A stretch of DNA of 27,188 bases from an uncultured Deferribacteres bacterium (lineage in GTDB: Bacteria; Zhuqueibacterota; Zhuqueibacteria; Zhuqueibacterales; Geothermadaptataceae): NCBI GenBank assembly GCA_964014485.1, contig CAXHAT010000104.1, positions 1 through 27,188 on the forward strand, given 5' to 3'. The translations under genes were made by a program, and so were the position numbers. Within the stretch, counting starts at the first letter, position 1. Every line of letters starts with the position of its first letter. The notes under the pieces were generated by a model that did no database searches, was not told the DNA's origin, and worked only from the letters and a program-made list of their open reading frames with translations. This document shows, piece after piece, positions 16,428 to 25,902 of this stretch.

Positions 16428-18965
16428 ATGAACGCCCAAAAACTATTCCTTTCCATTCTCGTTTTGCTTGGACTGAGCACGGCGACACATGAAAAGCCGC
16501 CCCAATACTTGCGAAACGGCGAGCAACTCTCCGGCGCCAGACGCGCATTGGACCAATTGACGGCCGTTAGAAGCTACCCAAACGCCGCGATCCCCAAAAC
16601 AGGGATTGCGGACGGTTTTCGCAAAATGCGAGCGCAGCAGTCGGCGAAGTCAAAAAGCAAAAATTCAGTTGGAAACTGGCGGGCGCTTGGCCCGAAAAAC
16701 ATCGGCGGCAGAACGCTCGCCCTTGCGATCCATCCTGAAAATCCAGACATAATTTTTGCTGGTTCAGCAAGCGGCGGCTTGTGGAAGACGGAAAAAGCAG
16801 GCGTCGGCTCAAACGCTTGGGAATATGTTCCGACCGGCTTCCCCGTTCTCGCCGTTGCGGATATTGCTATTTCACCGCATGATTCTGACCTTATATTTTT
16901 GGGGACGGGCGAAGTCTACGGCCACCCCGCGTCGCACCCCGGCGTCAGCGACCGGCGCACGCGCGGCAGCTACGGAATCGGCATTTTAAAATCGACCGAC
17001 GGGGGCGCGACGTGGGAAAAAAGTCTCGATTGGTCGCAAGACCAGCACACCGGCGTACAGAAAATCAAAGTTGACCCACAAAATCGCAACAACGTATGGG
17101 CGGCCACGACTGAGGGCGTCTTCGTCTCTCGCGATGAAGGCCAAACCTGGGCGCAAAGCTTAGATGTCGTTATGGCCACCGATCTCGTGATACATCTCGA
17201 AAATCCGGCAATTATCGTCGTTGCTTGCGGCGGCATGGGCAGTCCGGGGCGCGGCTTGTACCGCACAATCAACGGCGGCGAAACTTGGGCAAAAGCAGAC
17301 ATTGGCGCGGAACCGCAGGAGTTTCAGGGCAAGGCCATGCTCGGCATGTCAAAATCCGATCCCGACATTATTTACGCCGGGCTCGGCAACAACGACGGGC
17401 GCTTGATCCCTTCGAGCTACAAAACGTGGCTGCTCAAATCCGAAGACGCAGGCGCATCCTGGAACCTTGTCTCCGCTTTCGATTATTCACAGTGGCAGGG
17501 TTGGTACTCGCACTACATTGGGGTGCATCCTGAAAACCCGGACGAGCTTTATCTTGGCGGAACGTTTCTCAGCAAATCTTCGGACGGCGGCGCAACAGCC
17601 AATTTCCTCCCGCCGACGCACGCTGACAACCACGACGTCGCCTTTGTTGAAAGCAATCCCAACATCGTTTACTTCGCCAATGACGGCGGGGTTTGGCGCA
17701 CGACCGACGGCGGCGTCACCGTTGAATGGTGCAGCGGCGGACTACAAACGACGCAGTTTTACAACGGTTTCACCTCTTCTCCAAATGATTCATTGCTGGC
17801 TTTTGGCGGCTTGCAGGACAACGGCTCAATTCTCTTTACCGGCAACGACGATTGGCTCTTCGTCTCCGGCGGTGACGGCGGCTGGACGGCGCTAAACCAT
17901 GACGATCCGAATCAAATTTTCACATCTTTGCAATGGCTCACTTTGTTCCGCCTCGATCTTGCCGCGCAAAGCTTGATCGAAATCACGCCGGATCGCCGAG
18001 GCGTGATTAATTTTATTGCGCCGTTCATACTGAGTCCCGTGGATAACCGGACGATTTACGCAGGCGGCAGTCACGTTTATAAATCCGCCAATCTCGGCGA
18101 TTTCTGGGAGATCATGAATAACGGTGAAGAGCTCGACGGAAATCCAATCATGGCGATGGCGGCGTCTGAAATTCGGGTGAACACAGTCTACGCCGCGACC
18201 TCCCCGTTCGTGGGGCGCGGCAATGTTTTTCGTTCACTTGACGGCGGCGAATCCTGGCAAAATATCACCGGCAACCTGCCTGACTTGTTCCCGACCGACA
18301 TTGCGCTGGCGCCGTTTGATGATGAAAAAATCTATATCACTTTCGGCGGCTTCGGCGGCCCGCACATCTTCTTTTCTAACAACGGCGGCGAATCCTGGCA
18401 ATCTCTGGACAACGGCCTGCCGGACGCGCCAACCTGGTCAATCGCCGTCGATCCATTTATTTCCTCACACATTTATCTAGGAAACGATCTCGGCGTTTTT
18501 GCTTCAACGGATAACGGCGCTTCGTGGGAACCGTTTATGGAAGGATTGCCAGAAGCCGTCATTGCTATGGATTTGAGCGTCTCAAGATCGAATCGCACCT
18601 TGCGCGTAGCCACACATGGCAACGGCGCTTACGAACGTCCGCTTTTGAGCACCCCACTTTCAATTCCTAAACCGCCTGGCTTGCCGTCTGATTTTACGCT
18701 CGAGCAAAATTACCCCAATCCGTTCAATCCGTCCACGACGATCCCCTATTTTCTACCGCAAAATTCACACGTGCGCATCACCATTTTCGACAATTTGGGT
18801 CGTGAAGTGAAAACGTTGATCGACGAATTTCAAAGCGACGGTTGGCGGGAAGCGCAATGGGCTGGAACGGACAGAAACAATCGAATCGTCGCTTCCGGCG
18901 TGTATATTTATCGACTCGAAGCGAACGGTGAGATATTTTCCCGACAGATGTTGTTCTTGCGATAA
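16428..18965 (+). CDS. T9SS-sorted BNR/Asp-box beta-propeller protein (VPS10/GH74-like) with C-terminal FlgD-Ig type A sorting domain
   Basis: Signal peptide, W..LGP.NIGGR, repeated S.D.G.(T/S)W Asp-boxes, HADNH, GGLQDNG, GGDGG. CTD FTLEQNYPNPFNPSTTI.Y...I.D.LGREVKTL...W.G.D....VASGVYIYRL...MLFLR. Confidence 0.9.
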   Translation: MNAQKLFLSILVLLGLSTATHEKPPQYLRNGEQLSGARRALDQLTAVRSYPNAAIPKTGIADGFRKMRAQQSAKSKSKNSVGNWRALGPKNIGGRTLALAIHPENPDIIFAGSASGGLWKTEKAGVGSNAWEYVPTGFPVLAVADIAISPHDSDLIFLGTGEVYGHPASHPGVSDRRTRGSYGIGILKSTDGGATWEKSLDWSQDQHTGVQKIKVDPQNRNNVWAATTEGVFVSRDEGQTWAQSLDVVMATDLVIHLENPAIIVVACGGMGSPGRGLYRTINGGETWAKADIGAEPQEFQGKAMLGMSKSDPDIIYAGLGNNDGRLIPSSYKTWLLKSEDAGASWNLVSAFDYSQWQGWYSHYIGVHPENPDELYLGGTFLSKSSDGGATANFLPPTHADNHDVAFVESNPNIVYFANDGGVWRTTDGGVTVEWCSGGLQTTQFYNGFTSSPNDSLLAFGGLQDNGSILFTGNDDWLFVSGGDGGWTALNHDDPNQIFTSLQWLTLFRLDLAAQSLIEITPDRRGVINFIAPFILSPVDNRTIYAGGSHVYKSANLGDFWEIMNNGEELDGNPIMAMAASEIRVNTVYAATSPFVGRGNVFRSLDGGESWQNITGNLPDLFPTDIALAPFDDEKIYITFGGFGGPHIFFSNNGGESWQSLDNGLPDAPTWSIAVDPFISSHIYLGNDLGVFASTDNGASWEPFMEGLPEAVIAMDLSVSRSNRTLRVATHGNGAYERPLLSTPLSIPKPPGLPSDFTLEQNYPNPFNPSTTIPYFLPQNSHVRITIFDNLGREVKTLIDEFQSDGWREAQWAGTDRNNRIVASGVYIYRLEANGEIFSRQMLFLR

Positions 18966-19119
18966 GACCTTCGTCCGCCGATACGCTCGATACCGTTTCT
19001 CTTGATTTTCCGCGGTTAAGACATGTCATTCAGGAGAACTCTATTTTGCCTATCCCCTGAAATTGGCGCAACAGACTCGCCCTAAACGACACTTGAGAAA
19101 CTGATTTAAGCGGAAGACC

Positions 19120-20628
19120 ATGACAAACCCTGCCAGCCCTCAAACGACTCAAAACAAAACGTCTCTCACTCGCCAACTCGGCCTCATGGGGTTAGCCGCC
19201 ACCGGCATTTGCTCCATGCTTGGCGCCGCCATCAACGTTATTCCGATCATGATTCAACGCAGCGTTCCCGGCGTCGGACCGTATGTTCTGCCCGCTTATC
19301 TTTTTGGCGCCATTCCCGCAATTCTGGCCGCGTTAGCCTACGCCATGCTCGCTTCAGCCATGCCGCGCGCGGGCGGGAGCTACATCTACGCCAGCCGTTC
19401 TCTCAGCCCATACCTCGGATTTGTCGCCAGTTTTTCGCAATGGTTTGGACTCAGTATCGCCATTGGCGTGGTCTCCTACGTGCTCGTGCCGTTTCTGCGA
19501 GACGTCGCGGAACCGTTGGGCTTGCATGGATTGGCGCAAGCGTTGGACACAGGCTTTGTTCGCGTCAGCGTGGCGTTAGGATTTCTCTGGTTTTTTGCTT
19601 TTGTCAACATGCGCAGTCTGAAACTCTACGAGCGCACGCTTGTACCGATGATGTTCATCATGTTTGCCCTCGGCGCCATCGTCATTGTTGCGGGATTCTC
19701 GTTTAACCAGCAAGAATTCGCCGCCGCCGTACTTGAACGCGACGGTCAGCCCATTCCGACGATGGAGACGCCGCCCTTCCGATTCGGCGTTTTCTTCGCA
19801 GCGTCCGCACTGCTTTTTTCCAGTTTTATTGGATTTGATTCAATTGCGCAAGCTGGGGGTGAGGCGAAGAATCCGAATCGAACCTTGCCGATAGCCATCG
19901 GAATCGCGGTCGTGACGGTCGGGACGTTTTACATGCTGTTCACCGCCGCCGTTTATAACACCGTGCCGTGGCAATTCGTCGCCGAACAGGCGCAAACGCG
20001 CGATTTGACGGCCCCGGGACTTTTGGGCTACTTGCTCTCGCCCGGCTGGACCGTCGCCATTGTCGCGGGGGCGGCGATTGCGTTGATTAACGATCTTCCG
20101 GCCATGCTGCTGGCGGTCTCGCGGCTCATGTTCGCCTGGGCGGAAGACGGCGTTTTCCCACGCCGCGTCGCGGCGATCAACAAGAAATCGCATACGCCGA
20201 ACGTTGCTATTATTTTGAGCGCAAGTATGGCTTCCGTCGGCATTTTGGGCAGCCATTTCGCCGGAGATTTTTTCCTGGGCGTGGATATTCTCGTGACCTC
20301 CATGCTGGTCAATTTTCTGCTCATGTGCGTTTCTGTTCTCGCCCTGCCCAAACGCAACCCCGAGATCGCCAAAGACGTGCGCGTCATTCCTTCGCGCAAA
20401 CTGCAAATCCCGCTGGCGTCGCTTGGTATTCTCATTTTGGGCGGTTTTCTCGTGGTGCACATTTGGAAAGATCTTTCCGCCGAAATGAGCGCATGGTACT
20501 TCCACTCCACGCCGCTCTGGATCGCCGTCATGGGCCTCGCGTCGATCATCTATTTTCGCGAAAAGCAGCAATTGAAAAAATCAGGCGTGGACTTAAAGAA
20601 GCAATTTTCCACCCTCCCCCCGGAGTAA
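19120..20628 (+). CDS. APC family amino acid permease
   Basis: About 12 TM helices. L.RQLG, MPRAGGSYIY, FIGFDSIAQAGGEAKNPNR, SRLMFAWAEDG.FP, TP.VAI motifs. Confidence 0.93.
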   Translation: MTNPASPQTTQNKTSLTRQLGLMGLAATGICSMLGAAINVIPIMIQRSVPGVGPYVLPAYLFGAIPAILAALAYAMLASAMPRAGGSYIYASRSLSPYLGFVASFSQWFGLSIAIGVVSYVLVPFLRDVAEPLGLHGLAQALDTGFVRVSVALGFLWFFAFVNMRSLKLYERTLVPMMFIMFALGAIVIVAGFSFNQQEFAAAVLERDGQPIPTMETPPFRFGVFFAASALLFSSFIGFDSIAQAGGEAKNPNRTLPIAIGIAVVTVGTFYMLFTAAVYNTVPWQFVAEQAQTRDLTAPGLLGYLLSPGWTVAIVAGAAIALINDLPAMLLAVSRLMFAWAEDGVFPRRVAAINKKSHTPNVAIILSASMASVGILGSHFAGDFFLGVDILVTSMLVNFLLMCVSVLALPKRNPEIAKDVRVIPSRKLQIPLASLGILILGGFLVVHIWKDLSAEMSAWYFHSTPLWIAVMGLASIIYFREKQQLKKSGVDLKKQFSTLPPE

Positions 20629-20634
20629 CCGCAG

Positions 20635-20666
20635 GCCGGATTAAGCGACAGCGAATCCGGCTTTTT
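20635..20666 (+). terminator. Intrinsic terminator of the permease; left copy of the 31-bp inverted repeat flanking the RM gene
   Basis: GCCGGATT-AAGCGACAGCG-AATCCGGC-TTTTT, 6 nt after the permease stop. Confidence 0.8.
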
Positions 20667-20817
20667 GCGTTCCCTTTTCATCTTTCTGCTCGCCCCTTTT
20701 CAACAAGGCAAAATAAATTATTGACATAACCTTTCCGCACATCCCGCATCTCATTCCTGTGATGATAATTGCATAAAAACTCCTTCGGGGCAATTAAACA
20801 TCTTTTGGGCGTGCATC

Positions 20818-23800
20818 ATGGTTAGTTTTAATCTCAAACCTCACCACAAGCCTGTTCGAGAATACTACACTTTATTAAAAACGCTTGATCGAAAAGACTT
20901 GCAAGCAGAAGGTCAAGTGGCGCCTGCTTTCGCGACTCTATTGCGACATTGCGGTAAAAAGCTTGATTGGACTTTGGCGGAGCAGTTCTCGTTTCCCTCC
21001 AAAGATCGAACTTTGAGGCTTGATGGAGCGCTGCTGGATCAATTCAATATGGTTCGAGGCGTTTGGGAAGCAAAGGACGTTTTCGATAACCTTAATCTGG
21101 CCATAGAAGAGAAGTTCAAAACCGGTTACCCAAGAGAAAACATAATTTTTCAAACGCCAAAGCATGCGGTCATTTGGCAGAATGGTCGAGAGGTCTGGGA
21201 CAGAAGTCTTGCTAAACCAACGCGGCTTGTTGAAGCCCTCGAAATATTTTTCAGCTATGAAGCTCCGCAACAAAAGGAATGGGAGCGTGCAGTTGAAAAA
21301 TTCAAAAGCAAGATTCCTGAATTAGGCTCGCGGCTTCTTGAAAAAATTGAGACTGAAGCAAAAGAGAACAGCACGTTTTCGGAAGCTTTGGAATATTTCA
21401 CTCAGCTTTGCCGCGACAGCCTCAATCCAAATCTTTCATATAAGGCCGTCGAGGAAATGCTCATTCAGCACTTATTGACTGAGCGCATTTTTCGCCGCGT
21501 TTTTGATAATCCTGATTTTGTAAAACGCAATATTATCGCCCAGGAAATCGAAAAAGTCATCGCCGCTTTAACTTCTCGGGCTTTCAATCGCAACGAATTC
21601 TTGCAAGAACTCGATCCCTTTTACACTGTTCTTGAAAAGACGGCGCGTACTATCCATGACTTCTCGTTAAAACAGAGTTTTCTTAACACGGTCTACGAAA
21701 AGTTCTTTCAGGGCTTTTCTATAAGAGTCGCTGATACACATGGCATTGTTTACACGCCGCAACCGATTGTCAATTTCATGGTGCGCTCTGTTGATGAGAT
21801 TTTGATAAAGGAGTTTGGTCGTTCTCTCTCAGACAAAGGGGTGCATATCTTGGAGCCGTTTGTCGGTACCGGCAACTTTGTCATTAACATTATGCGTCAA
21901 ATAAAAAAGACTGCTTTGGAGTACAAATTTGCGGAGGAATTGCATTGCAATGAAATCATGCTTCTGCCGTACTATATCTCTTCGATGAACATTGAGCATG
22001 AATACTACAAAGCAACGGGAAAATATAAAGCTTTTGAAGGCATTTGCCTGGTCGATACTTTTGAATTGGCGGAAGGTCGACAAGAACGTTTTGATTTTAT
22101 GAACGCAGAAAACTCAAAACGGGTTAATAAGCAGCAAAAGACGCCGATCTTTGTCGTTATCGGCAATCCGCCTTACAATGTTGGACAAGCCAATGAGAAC
22201 GACAATAACAAAAACCGCAAATACGATGTCATAGATCAGCGCGTCCGGGAGACATATTCAAGAGCTTCAAAGGCAACGAACAAGAATGCTCTTTCTGACG
22301 TCTACGTAAAAGCGTTTCGCTGGGCGTCCGACCGTGTGTTGCGAAACGGTGAAGGCGTGGTGGCTTTTGTTTCCAACAATAGTTTTCTGAACGATTATGC
22401 TTTTGACGGGATGCGCAAATGCTTGGAGAAAGACTTTGATCGTATCTATATTTTGGACTTGGGCGGCAATGTTCGAAAAAACCCAAAACTTTCCGGAACG
22501 ACGCATAACGTTTTTGGCATTCAAGTCGGCGTAGGGATAAGTTTCTTGATAAAAAGCAAATCGCCTTCAAGCGAATGCAAGATTTTCTATTCAAGAGTTG
22601 ATGAATATTGGCGCAAGGTTGAGAAGTATGATTATCTCGATGAAAAGAGAGATTGGTCAGAGATAAGCTGGCGAGAAATTACTCCTGATTCCAAGCATAC
22701 GTGGCTCACTGACGGACTGAACCCGGAGTTCAATAATTTTTTGCCTTTGGGGACAAAAGATGAACCCGAAAATTCAATTTTTCATTTAGTAAGTAACGGC
22801 GTTAAGACAAATCGTGATTCATGGGTTTATAATTTTAATCGTACCGTTCTAGCTCAAAATATCAAGAGCTTTATCGAAACCTACAACAAGCAAGTTTACG
22901 AGTATTCACGAATCCGCCCGCATCCTCAAATCGATACCTTCGTGATTTCTGATGATACGAAAATAAAGTGGAGTAGAGACCTAAAACTGGATTTAAAACG
23001 GGGCAGAACGGCGGAATTTTCTGAAGCCAAGATTCGTCAATCGCTCTATCGCCCATTTACAAAAACGAATTTATTCTTTGATCCTATCTTGAATGAAGAA
23101 GTTTATCAATTTCCAAATATCTTGCCTACACAAAAAGTTCAATCCGAAAATCGAGTTATCTGTTTAAGTGGTGTTGGCAGTAGTAAACCATTTCAGACCC
23201 TTGTCGTCAATTTTCTTCCATGCTTGGATTTACTCGAAAAAACCCAATGCTTTCCGTACTATGTTTACAGTGAGAATGGAGGTAAACGATACGACAACAT
23301 CGACGATTTAGCGCTAAGGATGTTTAAAGCCCACTATAGCGACGCTCAGATCAACAAGTGGGAAATCTTCTACTACGTTTACGGTATTCTACAACACCCT
23401 CTCTATTGTGAAAAATATGCCGCAAACCTTCGGCGAGAACTCCCAAGAATTCCACTCGCGATAGATTTTTGGCAATTTAGCAAAACAGGCAAAGAATTGG
23501 CTGAATTGCACATTGGGTATGAAAATCAGTCCGAGCACAAGCTTGATTTCGTTGAAGCCGAGGATAAACCGCTGAATTGGCGCGTCGAAAAAATGAAGTT
23601 TTCAAAAGACAAAACAGCAATCATCTACAACGATTTTCTAACCTTGAAGGGAATTCCGCCTGAAACGTTTGATTATCGTCTCGGCACGCGCTCAGCATTA
23701 GAATGGATTGTCGATCAGTATCGAATTAAAACAGACAAACGCAGCGGCATCGTCAACGACCCCAACCGTAGCGATGATCCGCAATACATTGTTCGGCTAA

Positions 23801-23874
23801 TCGGCAAGATAATCACTGTGAGTTTGAAGACTGTCAATCTTGTGAAGTCTTTACCCGAGTTGAAGGTCAATTGA
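20818..23874 (+). CDS. Single-chain restriction-modification enzyme (N6-adenine MTase with N-terminal PD-(D/E)xK-like nuclease and Type ISP-like C-terminal specificity domain; Type IIG-like)
   Basis: LDG...WEAKD nuclease motif, GIVYTPQPIVNFM, motif I EPFVGTGNF, motif IV GNPPY, HNVFGIQVGV, YRPF, LRRELPRIP, Y.LG.RSALEWIVDQY, D.RSGIVNDPN. Visibly AT-richer than flanks. Confidence 0.9.
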   Translation: MVSFNLKPHHKPVREYYTLLKTLDRKDLQAEGQVAPAFATLLRHCGKKLDWTLAEQFSFPSKDRTLRLDGALLDQFNMVRGVWEAKDVFDNLNLAIEEKFKTGYPRENIIFQTPKHAVIWQNGREVWDRSLAKPTRLVEALEIFFSYEAPQQKEWERAVEKFKSKIPELGSRLLEKIETEAKENSTFSEALEYFTQLCRDSLNPNLSYKAVEEMLIQHLLTERIFRRVFDNPDFVKRNIIAQEIEKVIAALTSRAFNRNEFLQELDPFYTVLEKTARTIHDFSLKQSFLNTVYEKFFQGFSIRVADTHGIVYTPQPIVNFMVRSVDEILIKEFGRSLSDKGVHILEPFVGTGNFVINIMRQIKKTALEYKFAEELHCNEIMLLPYYISSMNIEHEYYKATGKYKAFEGICLVDTFELAEGRQERFDFMNAENSKRVNKQQKTPIFVVIGNPPYNVGQANENDNNKNRKYDVIDQRVRETYSRASKATNKNALSDVYVKAFRWASDRVLRNGEGVVAFVSNNSFLNDYAFDGMRKCLEKDFDRIYILDLGGNVRKNPKLSGTTHNVFGIQVGVGISFLIKSKSPSSECKIFYSRVDEYWRKVEKYDYLDEKRDWSEISWREITPDSKHTWLTDGLNPEFNNFLPLGTKDEPENSIFHLVSNGVKTNRDSWVYNFNRTVLAQNIKSFIETYNKQVYEYSRIRPHPQIDTFVISDDTKIKWSRDLKLDLKRGRTAEFSEAKIRQSLYRPFTKTNLFFDPILNEEVYQFPNILPTQKVQSENRVICLSGVGSSKPFQTLVVNFLPCLDLLEKTQCFPYYVYSENGGKRYDNIDDLALRMFKAHYSDAQINKWEIFYYVYGILQHPLYCEKYAANLRRELPRIPLAIDFWQFSKTGKELAELHIGYENQSEHKLDFVEAEDKPLNWRVEKMKFSKDKTAIIYNDFLTLKGIPPETFDYRLGTRSALEWIVDQYRIKTDKRSGIVNDPNRSDDPQYIVRLIGKIITVSLKTVNLVKSLPELKVN

Positions 23875-23884
23875 ATGGTAACTC

Positions 23885-23915
23885 AAAAGCAGGATTCGCT
23901 GTCGCTTAATCCGGC
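23885..23915 (-). repeat. Right copy of the 31-bp inverted repeat; overlaps the kinase stop codon
   Basis: Reverse complement GCCGGATTAAGCGACAGCGAATCCTGCTTTT versus 20635-20665 GCCGGATTAAGCGACAGCGAATCCGGCTTTT (30/31). Confidence 0.9.
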
Positions 23916-24862
23916 TTAAGAGCGGTGTATTTCACAAATTCAAATCCTAACAATGCCGCCCCCACTTCAGGCGGATGTTTTGGCGGAACAATTTCAATCG
24001 GCAGGCCCTTTTCTTTCAAAAAACTTTCAAACGGCATCAAATAGAAAGCTTTGTTTTTAAAAAGATTACCGTACAACGCCAGCGGCCAGCGCTCGCCTTC
24101 CGGCATTTGTTGACAAAGCGCATCGACCAACTCAACAAGCGCTGAAACGGCGTTTTTCAAGATATTTTGTGCGACGGCGTCTCCGGTTTCAGCGGCGGAA
24201 AAAAGGATCGGCGCGAACTGCGCCATGTCGCCGCGCCGGGCGAATTTCGCATAAACTTCTCCGACCGCTTCGTCAATCGACTCCACCTGAAAAAACGCCT
24301 CCAATTTTTCCCGCAAAATCGTTTTCTCGCCGCGACCGTCAAAATGTTTCAGTGCGTGAATCAGTGCTTGTCGCCCCAAATCGTAGCCGCTGCCTTCGTC
24401 CCCAAGCAGGTAGCCCCAGCCGCCGCAGCGCAGCGTTTTACCGTCAGGTGTTTTTGCAAAAGCAATCGAGCCGGTTCCGGCGATGACAATGATTCCCGGT
24501 TCGCCGTCGAATGCGCCGTGCAAAGTCGCTGCGGCGTCGCTTTCGGTGAAAATATGATTGGCAAGATTGGCTTTTTTCAGCGCTTCTTCAGTCAATATTC
24601 GTGCGGAAGCGCGTCCCAGGCCGGAGAGACAGGCGGAAACAACAAGGCGGGCGTTTGCAGGAATTGGAGATTTTTCGAGCAGGACGGTTTTGGCTTTTTC
24701 GATTTCAGCGACAATGTACGGCACGACGTCTGCGCGAAAATTGGTCGGGCCGACGACGGTTTGCGCCAGCACCTCCCCGTTTTCATTTATCAAACAAACA
24801 TTCGATTTCGTGCCGCCGCCGTCAACGCCAATCGCGAAAATCGGGGCGCGGCTCAATCCCAT
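23906..24862 (-). CDS. BadF/BadG/BcrA/BcrD-type N-acetylglucosamine/N-acetylmuramic acid kinase
   Basis: IGVDGGGTKS, SDA..TL.GA, VIAGTGSIA, RCGGWGYLLGDEGSGY.LG motifs. Likely start MGLSRAP at 24862, overlapping the upstream gene end. Confidence 0.9.
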   Translation of the reverse strand: MGLSRAPIFAIGVDGGGTKSNVCLINENGEVLAQTVVGPTNFRADVVPYIVAEIEKAKTVLLEKSPIPANARLVVSACLSGLGRASARILTEEALKKANLANHIFTESDAAATLHGAFDGEPGIIVIAGTGSIAFAKTPDGKTLRCGGWGYLLGDEGSGYDLGRQALIHALKHFDGRGEKTILREKLEAFFQVESIDEAVGEVYAKFARRGDMAQFAPILFSAAETGDAVAQNILKNAVSALVELVDALCQQMPEGERWPLALYGNLFKNKAFYLMPFESFLKEKGLPIEIVPPKHPPEVGAALLGFEFVKYTALKPD

Positions 24863-25860
24863 TCTCCCTTGCGGATTTTGCCGTAAACTTCGCCCAGCAG
24901 GTCCCAAACGTGCTTGGGATTGTCGCACTTGATGTAGGACATGTATTCCGAGCCGCTAAAACTCGAAGCGGCGAAATTGCGAATTCCTTCGGCGTAAGCA
25001 ATCGCAATCGCTTCGAGAATTTCCGGCTCGCGACCGGTCGGGATTTTGAAGTTTTGAATCCAGATTTGCGGCTCGACCCCGAATCGTTTGGAGAGATTCA
25101 TCAGGCGGGAAACGTAGTCGCCGAAAAATCTCAAATCGCGGTTGAGGAACACCCAGTAAGGGTCAGTCGCCAAAATATCGAGCTCCGGCAGACGGGCGAT
25201 TTTGCTCCAATCCGAAACCCCGGCGGCTTTTTCGTTGATCGGCAGCAGACAGACGGCGTTGCGCGCACCTTTGGATTTGCCGTATGAGCAGAGCGTCGCC
25301 AGAAAGTCGACCATTGAATCTTCGCGGAATTTGAACAGGTCGTCGTTGACCGTTTCCGGGAATCGTTCGCCGTAGAAAATGGCGTATTTTTTCCGGCAGC
25401 TCTCGCAGCAGCAAGACCAGTCCTGCGCCTCGTCGTTTTCGCTCCAGACGTTGTAAAAATGCGGCTCGTTCCAAAGCAAAACGTTCGCGCCGATCTGAAC
25501 CGCGTCATCGATCCAGCCCATCATAAAATCGACGAAACGGGGGTTGTTCAGGCAGGAGGCCGGAGCGGTTTTGCCGGAAAACATTTGCTGGCAAGTGTCG
25601 AGATTTTTCAAGGCAAAGCTCGAAAACGCCTCGCCGCCAAACACACGCCCGACGCCCCAGGGCTCCAGGTAAACCTCCAAGTCGGCCTTCTTTGAAAGCT
25701 CAACCATCTCGCGCATGGTCGCCTGATAAAAAAGCTGGTCGTTCTCGGAAAACGTATGTACGATGAAGTTGCAGTTGTGCGAGATAATCTCCTCCAAATC
25801 GACCAGAAAATGCCGCGGATTGCGATTACCAAAATAACTAATGCCGGTTTTTGTTCTCAT
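24853..25860 (-). CDS. Putative glycoside hydrolase-like TIM-barrel protein (GH42/clan GH-A-like, Cys cluster)
   Basis: CLNNPRF..F..WI, LWNEPH (NEP-type acid/base motif), CCCESC..KY...YG (like the GH42 Zn-binding C.C..C...F), TDPYW. Coupled to a sugar kinase. Confidence 0.6.
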   Translation of the reverse strand: MRTKTGISYFGNRNPRHFLVDLEEIISHNCNFIVHTFSENDQLFYQATMREMVELSKKADLEVYLEPWGVGRVFGGEAFSSFALKNLDTCQQMFSGKTAPASCLNNPRFVDFMMGWIDDAVQIGANVLLWNEPHFYNVWSENDEAQDWSCCCESCRKKYAIFYGERFPETVNDDLFKFREDSMVDFLATLCSYGKSKGARNAVCLLPINEKAAGVSDWSKIARLPELDILATDPYWVFLNRDLRFFGDYVSRLMNLSKRFGVEPQIWIQNFKIPTGREPEILEAIAIAYAEGIRNFAASSFSGSEYMSYIKCDNPKHVWDLLGEVYGKIRKGEWD

Positions 25861-25902
25861 GAAATTCTCTGTGAAGTGTTATGATCAAGAATGCGTTAAG
25901 CA

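Noticed and set aside
18966..19119. Possible glycine or other amino-acid riboswitch upstream of the permease
   Set aside because: Only fragments (GGAGA, GCGCAA) are present. The CCGAAG and CTCTCAGG core motifs are absent. An Infernal/Rfam scan would settle it.
19840..20571. 243-aa minus-strand ORF
   Set aside because: Antisense shadow of the permease.
20721..20769. TTGACA promoter for the RM gene
   Set aside because: No -10-like hexamer at 16-18 nt spacing. GATAAT is too far away.
24863..24928. N-terminal extension of the kinase ORF
   Set aside because: It lies within the upstream gene. The DGGGTK motif normally sits near the N-terminus, which favours ATG 24862.
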